Source: Cetorhinus maximus (Eukaryota). From it: 64,000 bases of DNA. Both the position numbers and the translations under genes were made by a program. Shown here piece after piece: positions 22,447 through 36,418 of the stretch (the first letter of the stretch is position 1; each line of letters begins with the position of its first letter). The stretch covers positions 7,192,001 to 7,256,000 of the forward strand of contig NC_135910.1 in NCBI RefSeq assembly GCF_964194155.1, given 5' to 3'. The notes under the pieces are model-generated. The model saw nothing but the letters and a program-made list of their open reading frames with translations, was not told the origin of the DNA and did not search any database.

Positions 22447-25400
22447 GTCAAGACACCTAAATCCCTATTCCTATCCTTAATGATTGAACAGGTTTAGAAA
22501 AGAGAAGGCTTGAGGGGATGATTGATAGATGTCTTTATAAAAGGGCTCGATGGAATTTTTACTTTTATTCATTCTTGGGATGAATATTTGTTGCCCATCC
22601 CTAATTGCCCCTTGAGAAGGTGGTGGTGAGCTGCCTTCTTGAACCGCTGCAGTCCCTGTGGCGTAGGTACACCCACTGTGCCGCTCAGTAGCGGTTGGAT
22701 ACCATTGAGTACTGTGTACAGTTTTGGTCCCTGTATTTAAGAAAGGATATACTGGCATTGGAGGCAGTTCAAAAGAGATTCACTAGGTTGATTCCTGGGA
22801 TGAAGGGGTTAACTTTTCAAGAACGGCTAAACAGGTTAGGCCTTTATTCATTCAAGTTTAGATGAATGAGGGGTGAGCTTGTTGAAATACACAAGATTCT
22901 GAGGGGTCTTGACAGGGTAGATGTTGAGAAGATGTTTCTACTAGTGGGGGAATCTCGAACCATGGGACTTGGTTACAGAATAAGGGGGCACTCATTTAAA
23001 ACTGAGATGTGAAGGAGTTTCTTCTCTCAGAGGGTAGTGAATGTCTGGAATTCTCTACCCCAGAGAGCTGCGGATGATAGATCACTGAAAGTATTTAAAG
23101 AGGAGGTAGATAGATTTGTGAAATATCGGGGAGTTGAGGGCTATGAGGAGTTGGCACGGAAGAGGAGTTGAGGCCTGGGGTAGATCAACCATGAATGGTG
23201 GGGGCAGGCTTGAGGGGCCGAATGACCTACTTCTGCTCCTATTTCTTATGTTCTTATGAGCGGCTTGATGTACCATTTCAAAGCCAACCACATCGCTGTG
23301 GGTCTGGAGTCCCGCATAGGCCAGACCGGATAAGGACAGCAGGTTTCCTTCCCTAAAGGCCGTTCGTGAACAAGATGGGTTTTTACAACAATCGATGATA
23401 GTTTCATGGTCACCATCACTGAGGCTAGCTTTCAATTCCACATTTATTAATTAAAGTTAAATTCCACCAGCCATCGTAGTGGGATTTGAACCCATGTCCC
23501 CAAAGCATTAGCCTGGGCCTCTGGATTACCAGACCAGTGACACTACCACTATAGCACCATCTCCCGGATTAATGAACCAGGTGGGTTTTTTTATGACAAT
23601 CCAGTTGCTTCGGGATCATTATTAATGAGACCAGCATTTTATTCCAGCTTAATTACTTGAATTTAAATTCCCCCAGTTCCCATGGTGGGATTTGAACTCA
23701 CGTCTCCAGAGCGTTAATCCGGGCCCCTGGAGGAGGGGTGCGGTAACATTGCCAATGTGCCCCATTGATGTAGAGAAGATGTGTCCACTTGCAGGCGAGA
23801 CCAGAACTATCGGCCATCAATATAAGATGAATAAATCCAATGGGGAATGCAAGAGAAATGTTTTACCCAGAGAGTGGTGTGAATGTAGTCCCTGCTACCA
23901 CAGGGAGTGGTTGAGGTGAATAGTATAGATACATTGAAGGAGAAACTAGATAAACATATGAGGGAGAAAGGAATAGAAGGTTATGCTGATAGGCTTAGAT
24001 GAAAAAGGGATATGAAGAGGCTCATATAGAGCATTAACACTGGCACAGAATGACCTCTTTCTGTGCTGTACCCATGTGTGAATTACTACCTTCGAAAGAG
24101 GCAAGGAGAAAGCCACAGGAAAGATTTTTTTTTTTCACCCAGAGGGTTGTGGGGGTCTGGAACTCACTGCCTGAAAGGGTAGTAGAGGCAGAAACCCTCA
24201 ACTCATTGAGAAGGTGTCTGGATCTGCACCTCAAGTTCCATAACCTGCAGGGCTACGGACCAAATGCTGGGAGGTGGGATGAGGCTGGGTGGTCCGTTTT
24301 TCAGCCAGCACAGACACGGGATGGGCCGAGTGGCCTCTCTCTGTGCCGTAACCTTTCTCCGATTCTATGAATGGGAAAAAGATGGGGGTTTTCTCAGCAC
24401 ACCACTGCCGATGGGCAGGATAACAGAACTATCAGGCGGAGTTGAGAGCAGATGCAATTAAATTTCTTTTCTCTCTACCAACAGCACACTACGTGGAAAG
24501 CATGCAAGACTGGCAGACGTTAGTAACAGTCAATATATGGGCAAGGTAGACTCCAGCAGTCGATGTACTTGCTCTGCGGACATCAAGGGGATCTTCTCCA
24601 ACTGTGGTAATGAAGTTGGCACATTAGCTTTCAAACAAGATACAATGATGTTTGCCCATGTGGAGATGGCTACCAGTACACCCTGTTACAGGATGGCAAC
24701 CTCCTCACCCTATTGGTTAAACCGCATTGGGAGCACTGTGAGTGGGTCTGGGCTGAAGGGTGAGAAGTGGTACAAGAAAAGGTCCCCGAGCATGATACCA
24801 GAACAGAGGGGTTATACTTATCAGGAAAGATTGAACAAGCTGGGGTTCTCTCCTCCAGAAAAGAGATGACTGAGGGGGTGACATGATAGCAATCTGTAAG
24901 ATTATCAAAGTGTTTGACAAGGTAGTCATAGAGAAGGTGATTCCACTTGGGGCCATCAATGGAAGCTAGTCATTAATAAATCCAACAGGGAACTCTTTAG
25001 GAGAAACTTCTTTACTGAGAGAGTGGTTGGAATGTGGAACTCGCTACCACGGGGAGTGGTGGGGGGGTGAATCGTGTAGAAGTATTTAAGGGGAAGCCTG
25101 ATAAGGACATCAAGGAGAATGGAATAGAAGGATATGCTGATAGGTTTAGATGAAGGAAGGAGACACCTGTGGAGAATAAATGCCAGTATGGACAAGTTGG
25201 GCCAAAGGCCCAAGTTTGCGCTGTGAAAATTTTGTAATATTTTTGTAATACCTATAGATATTTTGCTCCCCCACCCCCACTCCTTGAGTTTACTCCTCTT
25301 TCCACACTGACTTGTCCTGGAATCTGTTGACCTCTGTGAACTTGCCCATTCTTCAGGAAGAAGCCAGTGCCTGGTTATCTGACTCTATCCAAGTCCGCTC

Positions 25401-25769
25401 TCATACCTCACGTGGGAGGGAGATTCAAACAGAAAGGAAAGGCCATTAATGGGGCAGAAACAGCCTCAGAATGGGGTGGGTAGAGTCCACTGGCCCATTA
25501 ATGTCAACGCACTGCCCCCATTACCAGCTTTCTAGCTGGGAGTTCGTAGCACTGCCTGATCCAGCTGGCATTTCCCTTTCAATAGGCAAATTGGAGACCT
25601 AGGGGGGGTCTAACCTGTGATCTTCCTGTCGTGTGTACCTCAGCAGCATGTTTGGTAGTGAACTCCCTGAATCAGCATTTAACAAGCAACACAGACACCA
25701 ACACTTTTAACAAGGGGGGTAGCTAGACTGATTGGTAAAGAAAGATAAGAATGTAAAGATTTTTCTTAC

Positions 25770-25806
25770 CCTGACACCTGTATCCTTGTTTAATTACACC
25801 CCATAG
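25770..25806 (-). CDS. RASGRP4: RasGRP 37-bp microexon, C1 domain: LWGVIKQGYRCQ
   Basis: ctttacag acceptor, G|GTAAGA donor; supplies exactly the missing C1 segment with correct phases (0 to 1). Confidence 0.94.
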
Positions 25807-26009
25807 CTGTAAAGGCAAAAGAAAGAGGAATTAATTTTGGACTGAAAATATTTATTACATGAAAAACCTCCTCTGAATTATCATCAGCCATGCCCTGTGT
25901 ATAACATCAAACATACCAAGAGGGGACTGTTGCTTGGGAACTGTGTTATTACCAATCATATATATTGTGTACATTAATATCTATATAATGCCTATAACTT
26001 CTGATAGGT

Positions 26010-26725
26010 TGGTGGATTGATGTGGTGGATGGAGTTGGGGACAGCATGGGAGGAGGGTGGGGGCCAGCAGTGGAGGGAAGGGATGGCATGAGGAGGGGAC
26101 AACATTAGGGTGAGGGGACAGTACATAGGGGGAAGAGATGACATGAGGAGGGGACAGCATGGGGAGGAGGGGACAACATTGGGGGGATGGGACAGTATGT
26201 AGGGGAGAAGGGATGATGTGTGAAGGGGCCAGCACTTGGGGGAACTGCATGGTAGGGAAGATGGCATAGGAGGGAGGAGGGAATGTGGGGGAGGTTGAAT
26301 GACATGGGTAGGGGGAGGGCTTGGTACGGGAGAGGTGAGGAGACAACATGCTGGGGGGGGATGATAGTATGGGGAGGGGGCTTCATGGGAGGGGTGAACT
26401 TCATGGGAGGCGGTGATGGCATGGGATGGGGGAGGCATTGGGTGGGTGGGACACATAAGGGGGGTGGACAGAGTGGGAGGGAACAGCTTAGCTGGAGGGA
26501 ATGGCATAGGGGGATGGCATGGGAGGGAGGGATGAGGGGAATGACAGGTGTGTAGGGTGACACGAGACAGGGTGGACCAACATTAGGGGAGGAATGCAAG
26601 GGAGGGATGGAATGGGGGATGGGGATAGGAAGAAGGGGTCAGATGGGGATAATATGACAGGGATGAAAGAATAGGATAAGTATGGCATAAGAGAGTTGGC
26701 ATGGGAAGGATGGAATAGCACGGGG
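26010..26725 (+). repeat. G/A-rich low-complexity tract (GGG runs, GGCATGG/GGGA motifs)
   Basis: Strong purine strand bias; source of spurious Pro-rich and Gly-rich ORFs. Confidence 0.9.
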
Positions 26726-27266
26726 ATTTAAAGAAGTACTGTTGTAATCATGATACTAATTTCATGACAAATATTTTGCGGGTCTCTGTGGTATAAAGAA
26801 AATAAACAATCAGTAATGCATTGATAAATTCAAACACAATGTGACATCTTGGCGAAAGATGATATTCGACGATATATGTGGTATCAGAGTGGGATGCCTG
26901 CCAACAGCTCCACCTGACCAGCAATGCCTTTTTTTTTTGCTTGCCTCAAGTAAAATTTATTTATTTCCCACCTCGTACCCTTACCCTTTAATTCTCTCCC
27001 CCCTTCTCCAGCGTCCTGCAGTCTGTGCCCTTTACCCTTTAACTCCTGCAGTAATTGGCCTCAGTGCCTTTGGATGAAGCATTGCTGTTCACTGCTATAA
27101 GTGTGGGGCTATTGGGTGAGGACTGACCACAGTCAGCTCGTCTGTGCTCTTCTAACCTGGAAAGCCAGTTGGTGAAGGAACCAATCTTTACTCAGTCTTA
27201 CATTTATTTACAGGCTGAAATATTTCAAGCATATACCTCCTAACTCAACCCCAGCACATTCTCAAT

Positions 27267-27849
27267 AAGTGTCTCTTTATATTCTTTTGAGCGTAACAAA
27301 TTAACAGAAAAGGGGGGACAAATTAACAAAAGGTCAAATAAACAAATAAAAGGGGTAGGCCCTTAAAGGGAAACTGCAACAGAAGATAAACTACAAAGGA
27401 AGTTTACAAAGGTTAAACCAAAATGTGATTGTGTGGGTCAATAAAGCTCCCCAGCCCCTGCAGTGCCCACTGGTCATGGAAAGCCTCGATCGTGCCGGCA
27501 GAAAAACATTGCCTGAAGGCTTAACTGGAGTGTCAGCACAGACTTTAAATTTAACCCTTCAGACTGGGACTTGAACACACAACCTTCACAGTCAGAGGCA
27601 AGGGCGCTGCCACTAAGCCATGGCTCACCGCCAGTGTCTCTTTATATCTCTTGTAGAGTTAAAACGATTAACTAAATTAACACAATAAGGGATAAATCAA
27701 GCACAGCCCCTAAGTCAGGTCAGCTGTAAAATCAAGGAAAAACTTTAAAGGAACCTTATAAACATTAAACCAAAATGTGATTAAAGGGGTCAACAAAACA
27801 CCCCAGTCCCCGCGGTGCCCACCGGGCACGGAAGTGTCTCTTTATATCT
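27267..27849 (-). mobile_element. Two tandem Tx1-like LINE 3' ends plus a SINE head, separated by three copies of AGTGTCTCTTTATAT
   Basis: Minus-strand FRARWAPRGLGCFVD resembles the recalled Tx1 ORF2 end (RWAP.G) and is followed by a T-rich UTR. Direct repeats at 27267, 27633 and 27832. Confidence 0.7.
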
Positions 27850-28910
27850 GTACTGAAGGGAAACCCCAGTTAATGCCCACCACCTACATACAATTAAACG
27901 TAACGAAACTATAATTAACTTGCTACACTCACTGCTTAAGCCCATTATTAAGGACGGCCATTTGGATGAGGGCAAGGACCGGTACTTAAGGAAACAATGG
28001 ATTAATTCCACGACCCTGCATTCTCCGTAGGGTTCTCCAATCACAGGAAGCATGGGTTGTATTACTGGGGCTCCAACATTGCCACCTTACCTCCGACCCA
28101 CACTATTCACCAGTGAAGCTCCTGCCAGGATTGCAGGCTGGTGAAATCCCCTCTCATATCACAACATGGGCCATCCAAGCCCTCCTTGGCCTCTCTCTGC
28201 ACCCTCTCTGAGTGGCTTTCTCCAGTTTCACCCCTTAGCCCACACGCTCCACTCTGCCAATTACTGCTTGTTTCCTGTTTTTTTCCACTCTCAGCGACTG
28301 TTCAGTCAGCTACCGCACCTCTACCCTCTAGCCTTCTCTGCTAAAACCTCGTTACACCATTCCACCGTTCAAAAAAATCCTCCTAAATACTGATTTGTCT
28401 CTTCTCCTTTAATCTCCTCCTTTTCCTGCTCAGCATCCCCCTTTCTCCTCATCAAGCTCTCTGGCTTCTTTTCTGTGAGTACTGATCCAGGGACTTGAAC
28501 AGAGAATCGAGGCCGACTCCCCGGTGCAGTGCTGAGGGAGTGCTGCACTGTCAGAGATGCCGTCTTTTGGCTGAGACGTTAAACCGAGGACCCGTCTACC
28601 CGCTCAGGTAGGCGTAAAAGATCCTATGGGCCACAATTTCGAAGGAGAGCAATGTTTATCCCTCAGCTAACTTCACTACAACATGATCTGGTCACTGACA
28701 CATGGCTGCTCTGTATTTAACCCTGAGCGGTATCTGCCCTGGGAATGTTTGATGGTCACTAACACGTCGCTGCCTGTGGGATCTTGCTCTAATTAGCTGC
28801 TTTGTTGTTGTATCGGTGGCTACGCTCCACTGGCTGCAAAGCGCTTCGGGAGTGCCCCGAGGTCACGAAAGGCGCTATAGAAATGCAGTCTAACTGAGGC
28901 CGAGACTTAC

Positions 28911-29055
28911 GAAGCCAGCACAGCTGTCACAGAACGTAGGCTTCTTGTAGGTGGTCTCCTGAAAGTTGTGCAGGAAGCCCAGCCGTAGCTTGGAGCACAT
29001 GGAACTGCCTCTCATGAAGTACGCGGTGATCTCCTCCCTGCTGACCAGGCCTTCG
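28911..29055 (-). CDS. RASGRP4: RasGRP exon (145 bp), EF2/C1 start: [48 protein letters not shown]
   Basis: cttacag acceptor, TTC|GTAAGT donor; first His and CxxC of the C1 domain. Confidence 0.95.
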
Positions 29056-30054
29056 CTGTAAGAAAGCAACCAAAACTCATTGGTCAGCAATCGTGCCCTC
29101 CAGTGACTTCCTCACCGATACGCCGCCTACCGCCGTCCTGGTCAAGATCTACCCCTCAACTAACGTCACCCAAAAACACATTATCTGCTCATGATCACAC
29201 TGCTGTTTGTGGGATCTTGCTGTGCGAGGATTGACCGCCACATTTCCCACAGTACAACACTTCAAAAGTGGTTGCGAAAATGCTTTTGGACGCCCTAAGG
29301 TGCTACAAAAACGCAACAGCCTCCTTCTTCATTCCCGCCTCAACCACTTAGTTCCAGATCTCACCGTAACCTTCACCCAAACTAGCTTCACCCAGGTTAC
29401 CGCTCGGAAATGTGTCGAAGAATTATTCCTTAATTCGGAGAATAAACATGAACAGTTACTTTCTAAAATGGCGCCCAACTGTGCAGGATGGCGGGCGATT
29501 TTTAAGCTCGGCGGTATGCCAATGTGTTTGAGCCAAAACTTGAATCATGGTTTTAATTTGGAAAACCAACGCAATTTCAAGCGCCACTTGTCGATTGCGC
29601 CCAAAGGAGAAATTCTCATCGCCAATGGTTGTTTTTCTCAGTGTCGTTGGGCCAAAGTTCGGACAATCTTGTGGAAGTAGGCGTGAGGGAGGGGGAGGGT
29701 TCCCTTTGTGGGCCTAGTAAAGGCCTCAAAAAAATTCGGAAGGAAAGATCAGTTACTTGATCAATTATGACTGATGATCCTTTGGTTCCATTGAATTTAC
29801 GGCTCCCTCCAACACAGGGGCAGCGTGCCAAGCACATTTTCTGTCACCTCATTGAGTCTTGGAGCTGGTAGGATGTGGAACCCACCACCACATGGAGTGG
29901 TTGAGGTGAATAGCATAGATGCATTTAAGGGGAAACTAGCTCATTACATGAGGGGGGGGAAAGGAATAGAAGGATATGTTGATAGGGTGAGATGAAGTAG
30001 AGTGGAAGGAGATTCCTGTGCAGCACAAACACCAACATGGACCAAGCTGGGCCA

Positions 30055-30625
30055 AGTACAGCACGGTTAAGTATAGAGTGAATTTCTCGCTACACTGTCC
30101 CATCAAACACTCCCAGGGCAGATACAGCACAGGGTTAGATGCAGAGTAAAGCTCCCTCTACACCGTCCCCATCAAACGCTCCCAGGGCAGATACAGCACG
30201 AGGTTAGATGCAGAGTAAAGCTCCCTCTACACTGTCCCCATCAAACACTCCCAGGGCAGGTACAGCACGGGGTTAGATGCAGAGTAAAGCTCCCTCTGCA
30301 ATGCCCCCATCAAACACTCCCAGAGCAGGTACAGCACCAATTAGATACAGAGTAAAGCTCCCTTTACACTGTCCCCATCAAACACTCCCAGGGCAGGTAC
30401 AGCACGAGGTTAGATGCAGAGTAAAGCTCCCTCTACACTGTCCCCATCAAACACTCCCAGGACAGGTACAGCACCAATTAGATACAGAGTAAAGCTCCCT
30501 CTACACTGTCCCCATCAAACACTCCCAGGACAGGTAGAGCACGGGGTTAGATGCAGAGTAAAGCTCCCTCTGCAATGCCCCCATCAAACACTTCCAGAGC
30601 AGGTACAGCACCAATTAGATACAGC
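30055..30625 (-). repeat. Same 69-bp satellite, about 8 units, opposite orientation (monomer relics at ~14730-14765 and ~28710-28756)
   Basis: Reverse complement of the 59.7-61.0 kb unit; explains the repetitive ORFs at 30277-30785. Confidence 0.95.
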
Positions 30626-31713
30626 TCCTTCTGAATTGTCACGACAAAAGCTTCAATTTCCGGATCCTCGGAATGTCTCTGTCTGCTGTGCTAGAATGAA
30701 GTTCCCATATTCCGGACCAGCCCAAGGTGAAGATGCCAGTCAGTGTAGAAAAGTTAATTTCATACATTGGTCCTATGCTCACTAGGATCTGGACTAAGAC
30801 TGCCCCAAACCTGCTTAACTGAAGTACTTCCATAACATCAGAAAGCAAGGATTTTCATCCCAGCTTGGGTCTGAACCTGACCTGTACAGGTCTAAACCCT
30901 CTTGGGCTGGATTTTACTGTCAATAGTGAAGCACTGGCTCTTCCTGCTGACCTTGAAGAAAGCTATCCACAAAAACCTAGCGATAGCTACGGTGTAGATT
31001 TCCCCTTTCTCGACGACAGCTTAAGACAGCAAGTCAAGGGCATCTCCAGGCTTCCAACAGCAAGCAAGATAAGCAGCCAATGACACTGACTCCCTCTCAC
31101 AGACAGCAAAGCAGGAAGTTAAAAGTATTGATTATCCTTCAATTTTAATTCTAATTTTCAGATGGTGACATAAATGATAATGTTTGGATTAAGAGAGAAG
31201 CTAAAATACTTTAAACAACCTTTGTAATTAAATGCATGTTTTTTTAAATTTTAATGGAAAAATTTGACATTCCACAAAAGGTAAAATTAGCTTTTCAGGG
31301 CCAGAGAGGGTACTTAATGGTAGTTATGAACTTATGCTGCTAAAAACCCAGGTACAACTTATTCAATAAGGTGTAATTTTTTTCAAGGGTTTTTACAGTT
31401 AGACTAAGCCCGTGGAAGTAAGATTACCTTGTCAATTTACTGATTGCTTAGGGACTGAACTCTGAGGGGACCTCAACACCACAAAATCGAGAGACGTGTA
31501 GAAGTCACTGATAGTGACTTCTGGATTTCAGTGTTATTCTGCGCACACGGAGACTCCGAAAGTTGCTGTGGCACTAATAGCTTTGCTGTCAGTCCCACTG
31601 CAAAATCCAGGTCCTTTCAGTTCAGATATCATCAGGCGGATGCCGCAAAGCAGAGTGAGTTTGTGTTGGTAGCTGGTTCCACATTCAGAAGGAGATAGAG
31701 AGACCACACTTAC

Positions 31714-31823
31714 CGATCTTTATCCAGAATGAAGAACGAAAACGGGAAACTAACAGCGATCTTCTCAAACTCAGCTTGGGAAATGTAACCGTCCTGGTCA
31801 TGGTCATAATTCTTAAATACGGA
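31714..31823 (-). CDS. RASGRP4: RasGRP exon (110 bp), EF-hand: [37 protein letters not shown]
   Basis: tttgcag acceptor, CG|GTAAGT donor; canonical EF loop [12 protein letters not shown]. Confidence 0.95.
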
Positions 31824-34800
31824 CTGCAAAGTGGAAAAGGAAAGTGAACCATGAGAATGATACTGATCATAGCGTGAGCTGGACACAAGGGCCAGACACA
31901 TCTCTGTTACGATATGCGACAGCACTAGCCATTAGCATCCCACCAGCACGCTTAGACAATATTGTAGCATGTGCATGAGATCCACAACATTCCTATCCCT
32001 CGAGCGTCCTTCGCAAAGCCCGTGAAGATATGCCACAAGCTACAGGTCACCTGGGTGATGCACGTCTATTGGACCCAACAGCTTAACTTGTGATTAAGGT
32101 AAAAAAAACCCAGAGCTCTCTTCAGGTAGGAGCATTGTTGAGTTGTAGCATCTTCTGATGATGAACGTCATGGGCTGTAGCGGGGATGATTGATAACCTC
32201 TATCTTGGCAATACTTTCACAAAGTCCTGCCAGTCTCTCCCGCTGATGCACTAATTAATTTACCAGCCCGCCTAAGATTTTAAAATTCTCGTGCTCGTTT
32301 GCAAAACCTTCCATGGTTTTTCCCCTTCCTATATTTATGACCTCGACAACCCTCCGAGATCTCTGTGCACCTCCCATTCGGGCCCCGTGTGCTTCCCGAT
32401 TTTAATTGCTCCAGCACTGCCAACCGCACCTTCGCCCGCTCCGACCCTAAGTTCTGGAATTCACTCCCTAATCCTCTCTGCCTCTCGCTCCTTTAAGTTG
32501 TTGCTTAAAACCTACCTCCTCAGCCAAGCTTTTGGTGACTTCCCTAAAATCTCCCAGCCCTCATACGTTGTTTTGATAGCTCCTTTTGAGATGTTTTACC
32601 ACGTCAAAGGTCTTATATAAATGCAAGTTGTTTACCCATTCCGTCACCTCAAGTATTCTGCATGTTAAGCTTTTCCATTAAGATAAAAGCAAAAAACTGC
32701 GGACGCTGGAAATCTGAAACAAAAACAAAAATACCTGGAAAAACTCAGCAGGTCTGACAGCATCTGTGAAGAGAAAGACAGAGTTAACGTTTCGAGACTC
32801 TCAAACTCTAACTCTGTTTCTCTCTGCACAGATGCTGTCAGACCTGCTGAGTTTTCCCAGCACTTTTTGTTTTTGTTTAAGCTTTTCCATTCCTGCTTCA
32901 CATGGTATTAAAAATCATTTTTAACAAGGCAATTTCAAAGCTGTCAGGCAGCTGAGCTTTGAAATTCGTTGAGTGCAATGGGACAGGAGGTTGTGCAGGT
33001 CCATTGGTTGTACAAGCTGCCCAAATACATAGGAACATAGGACTTAGGAGCGGGAGTAGTCCATTCGGCCCTTCAAGCCTGCTTTCCCATTCAATAAGAT
33101 CATGGCTGATCTGGTTGTGGTTTCAACTCCACTTCACCATCCTCCCCACCGTCCCCCCACCCCCATTACCACCCCCTCCCTCCCCCTGCCTAACCCTTGA
33201 CTCCCATGTCTATCAAAAACCTAACTCAGCCTTGAATAAAGTCAATGACCCAGCCTTCACTGCTCTCTGGGGAAGAGAATTCCACAGACTAACAGCCCAT
33301 TGAGAGAAAAATATTCTCCTCATCTCCGTCTCAAATGGTAGATCTCTTATTCTTAAACTGTGTCCCCTGGTTCTAGTCTCTCCCACAAGTGCAAACATCC
33401 TCTGGGTATCCACCCAATCAAATCCCCTCAGGATCTTCTATATTTCAATAAGGTCACCTCTCATTCTTCTAGACTCCAATGGGTATAGGCCCAACCTGTT
33501 CAGCTTTTCTTCATAAGATAAGCTCCTCATCCCAGGAATTTGTTGAGTAACTGCTCGAGCTACTCACAACCTCCACCTAAACCCTCTCTCCAGTAAGGAT
33601 CACCTTGTTATCTTTCCCATGGCTTTTTTCTCTAGAACGGAGAAGGCCAATGATAACGCTCTTTAAAATTATGAACAATTTCCACAGGGTAGACATGGAG
33701 AAGACAATTCCACTTATGGGCAAGTGCAGAACTAGGGCTATAAAACATAAAATGGTCACTAATAAGTTCGGTAAAGAATTCAGGAGAAACTTCTTTACCA
33801 AGAGAGTAATTAGAAAGTTGAACCTGGTGCTACATGGAGTAATCGAGGCGACAAGCAGAATGTATTTAAGGCAAAACTCGGTAGATATACAAGGGAGAAA
33901 GGTTTAGCAGGATATGGTGATGGGGTTAGATGAAGTAGGATGGGAGGAGGCTTGTGTGGAGCCAGTCAGACCAGTTGGGCTGTTTCAGTGCTGTAAATGC
34001 TATGTGATATGACCACGTGTAGATTGCATGTTGCCTATCAAATCGATGATACCGTGCCTAACCATTCCTGCACATGGTGCTGACTGAATTGTTCAACACA
34101 GCTCCCATCAGATTCTGTTTTTGCACTGCTTCCCCTTTATCCAGGAGGTCAGAAACTTCCCTCGTGGCCAAGCACCTGGGGCGATTCAGGACTTCATGGG
34201 GCCTGGCTTTGAACCCACTGACGTGAAGCGGATTGGCCCCCGTCAGTGGGAGCTAATTTTGAGTGCATGAGGTTGAGCTGAATGGGGGTCCCTGGATTTG
34301 GTGAGCTGAGGGCGTGTTGCTTGCTGGACATTGGGTTTGACCGCTTAGACCAGCTAACCAAAACAATCACAACATCTTGAGGATGTGCGTTGCTGATAGA
34401 GCAACCATTTTACAGACAAGTATAACAGAAAGAATTATGGTGCAGTGGGAGAGCATTCAACCCTTTGTGTCCATGCTGTAATAGCCAAAGGAATTTAGCT
34501 TTAAGGCTACAAAATCCTGAGGTGCAGAGGCAGTTAACTTGGGTCTGTCCAACAGGGTGGAGTCTGTTAACCCACCATGTTTATTTTTGACAATTCTATT
34601 TGTGAAGTTTAACTGTTTCTCACTCATAAGCTTGTGGGTGAAGACAACATGGCTCACCACAGTAAACAGGTACAATAAAGAGAACATTGCTTCTCCAACA
34701 TATCCCAACACTCAAACCCATCTACTATCAAAACACCCAACCCATAACGTACCAACATATTCATTGCCAAGCTCTCATCAAACTACCCGAACTCACTAAC

Positions 34801-36313
34801 CTCCCTCAACACACTCAAAACAAATTCAAAGTGTCTCCACCCTAATCCACTCAAACTCAACTGCATAAAAACATTAAACCTGCCTACTGTTTTCTTAAAA
34901 ATTCATTCCTGGGCGGAGACGTCACTGGCGAGGCCAACATTTATTGCCCATCCCTAACTGGCCTTGAGAAGGTTGCGGTGAGCCACCTTCTTGAACCGCT
35001 GCAGTCCATGTGGTGTAGGTACACCCACAGGACGCGAGTTCCAGGGTTTTGACCCCGTGACAGTGAAGGAATGGCGATATTGTTCCAAGTCACGATGGTG
35101 GGGTCGCAGGTTTGGAAGGTGTTGTCGAAGGAAGATTAACAAGTTGCTGGAGTGCATCTTGTATATGGTGCACACTACTGCCAATGTGCGCCAGAGATGG
35201 AGAGAGTGAATGGCTCAGGTGGTAGATGGGTCCCAGTCAAGGAGGCTGATTTGTCCTAGATGTGTTAAGTTTCTTGAGTGTTGTTGAAGCTGTACTCATC
35301 CAGCCAAGTGGTGAGTATTCCATCACACTCCTGATTTGTGCCTTGTAGATGGTGGGCAGGTTTTGGGGAGTCAGAAGATGAGTTACTCACCACAGAATTC
35401 CCAGCCTCTGACCTGCCCTTGTAGCCACAGTATTTATATGGCTGGTCAGGTTCAGTTTCTGGTCAATGGTAAACCCTAGTATGTTGATGATGGGGGATTC
35501 AGTGATAGTAATGCCGTTGAATGTCAAGGGAGATGGTTAGATTCTCTCTTGTTGGAGATGGCATTGCCTGGCACTTGTGTGGCACGAATGTTACTTGCCA
35601 TTGGTACTTACCAATAACACAGCTTAGCACACCCAAATCTAATTTCTCCTCAACGCACCCATATCAGGCAACTCACAACACTGCCAAACCCACCTGAACC
35701 CACCAATCACCCCTCAACTCACCCAACCCACATCATTGCGAACTTATCCAAACTCATCTCTCACCAGTGCACCCACATACGCCCTGACAAGCTCTCTCAA
35801 ACCTACCACTCACTAACTTACCTGCTTTAACTTCTAGCTCACCAATGCAGCCTAATTTTAAAAAAAAAATTCATCCATGGGATATGGGCATCGCTGGCTA
35901 GGCCAGCGTTTATAGCTCATCCCGAATGGCCCTCGTTCAGAGGGCATTTAAGAGTCAACTACATTGCTGTGGGTCTGGAGTCACATGTAGGCCTGGTCTG
36001 CCAGACCAGGTAAGGACGGCAGATTTCCTTCCCTAAAGACATTAGTGAACCAGATGGCAATAGTTTCATGGCCATCATTTGACTTTTAATTCCAGATTCT
36101 TATTGGAATTCAAATTCCACCATCTGCCATGGCGGGATTCGAACCCAGGTCCCCAGAGCATTACCCCGAGTCTCTGGATTACCAGTCTAGTGGCAATACC
36201 ACTACGCCACCCCCTCCCCCTAATCCAGTAGTATGGGCCCTTAACTGATTGGTATGGTTTGCACATGAACATAGGTAGCGCTAAAGTTAGGACCGCAATT
36301 TCCATGTACTTAC

Positions 36314-36418
36314 ATCCACCATCTGCTGGACATGCTTGCTGACTGTGACAGCATCAAGCTTTGGGGCAACACCAGAAGCCCAATCGACAACCACGGGTGG
36401 CTTGCAGGGAGGGACTGA
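36314..36418 (-). CDS. RASGRP4: RasGRP exon (105 bp), CDC25-EF linker: [35 protein letters not shown]
   Basis: tttccag acceptor, GAT|GTAAGT donor; conserved [11 protein letters not shown] linker. Translated by hand (not in the ORF track). Confidence 0.95.

Noticed and set aside
25981-26721. Long Pro-rich and Gly-rich ORFs
   Set aside because: Artifacts of a G/A low-complexity tract, open in several frames with no domain signature.
30277-30785. Repetitive ORFs (RCRVKLPLHCPHQTLPGQVQH)n
   Set aside because: Translation of the 69-bp satellite; no evidence of a gene.
34700-35850. C/A-rich tract split by a LINE
   Set aside because: Degenerate low-complexity sequence with no clear period or coding signal.
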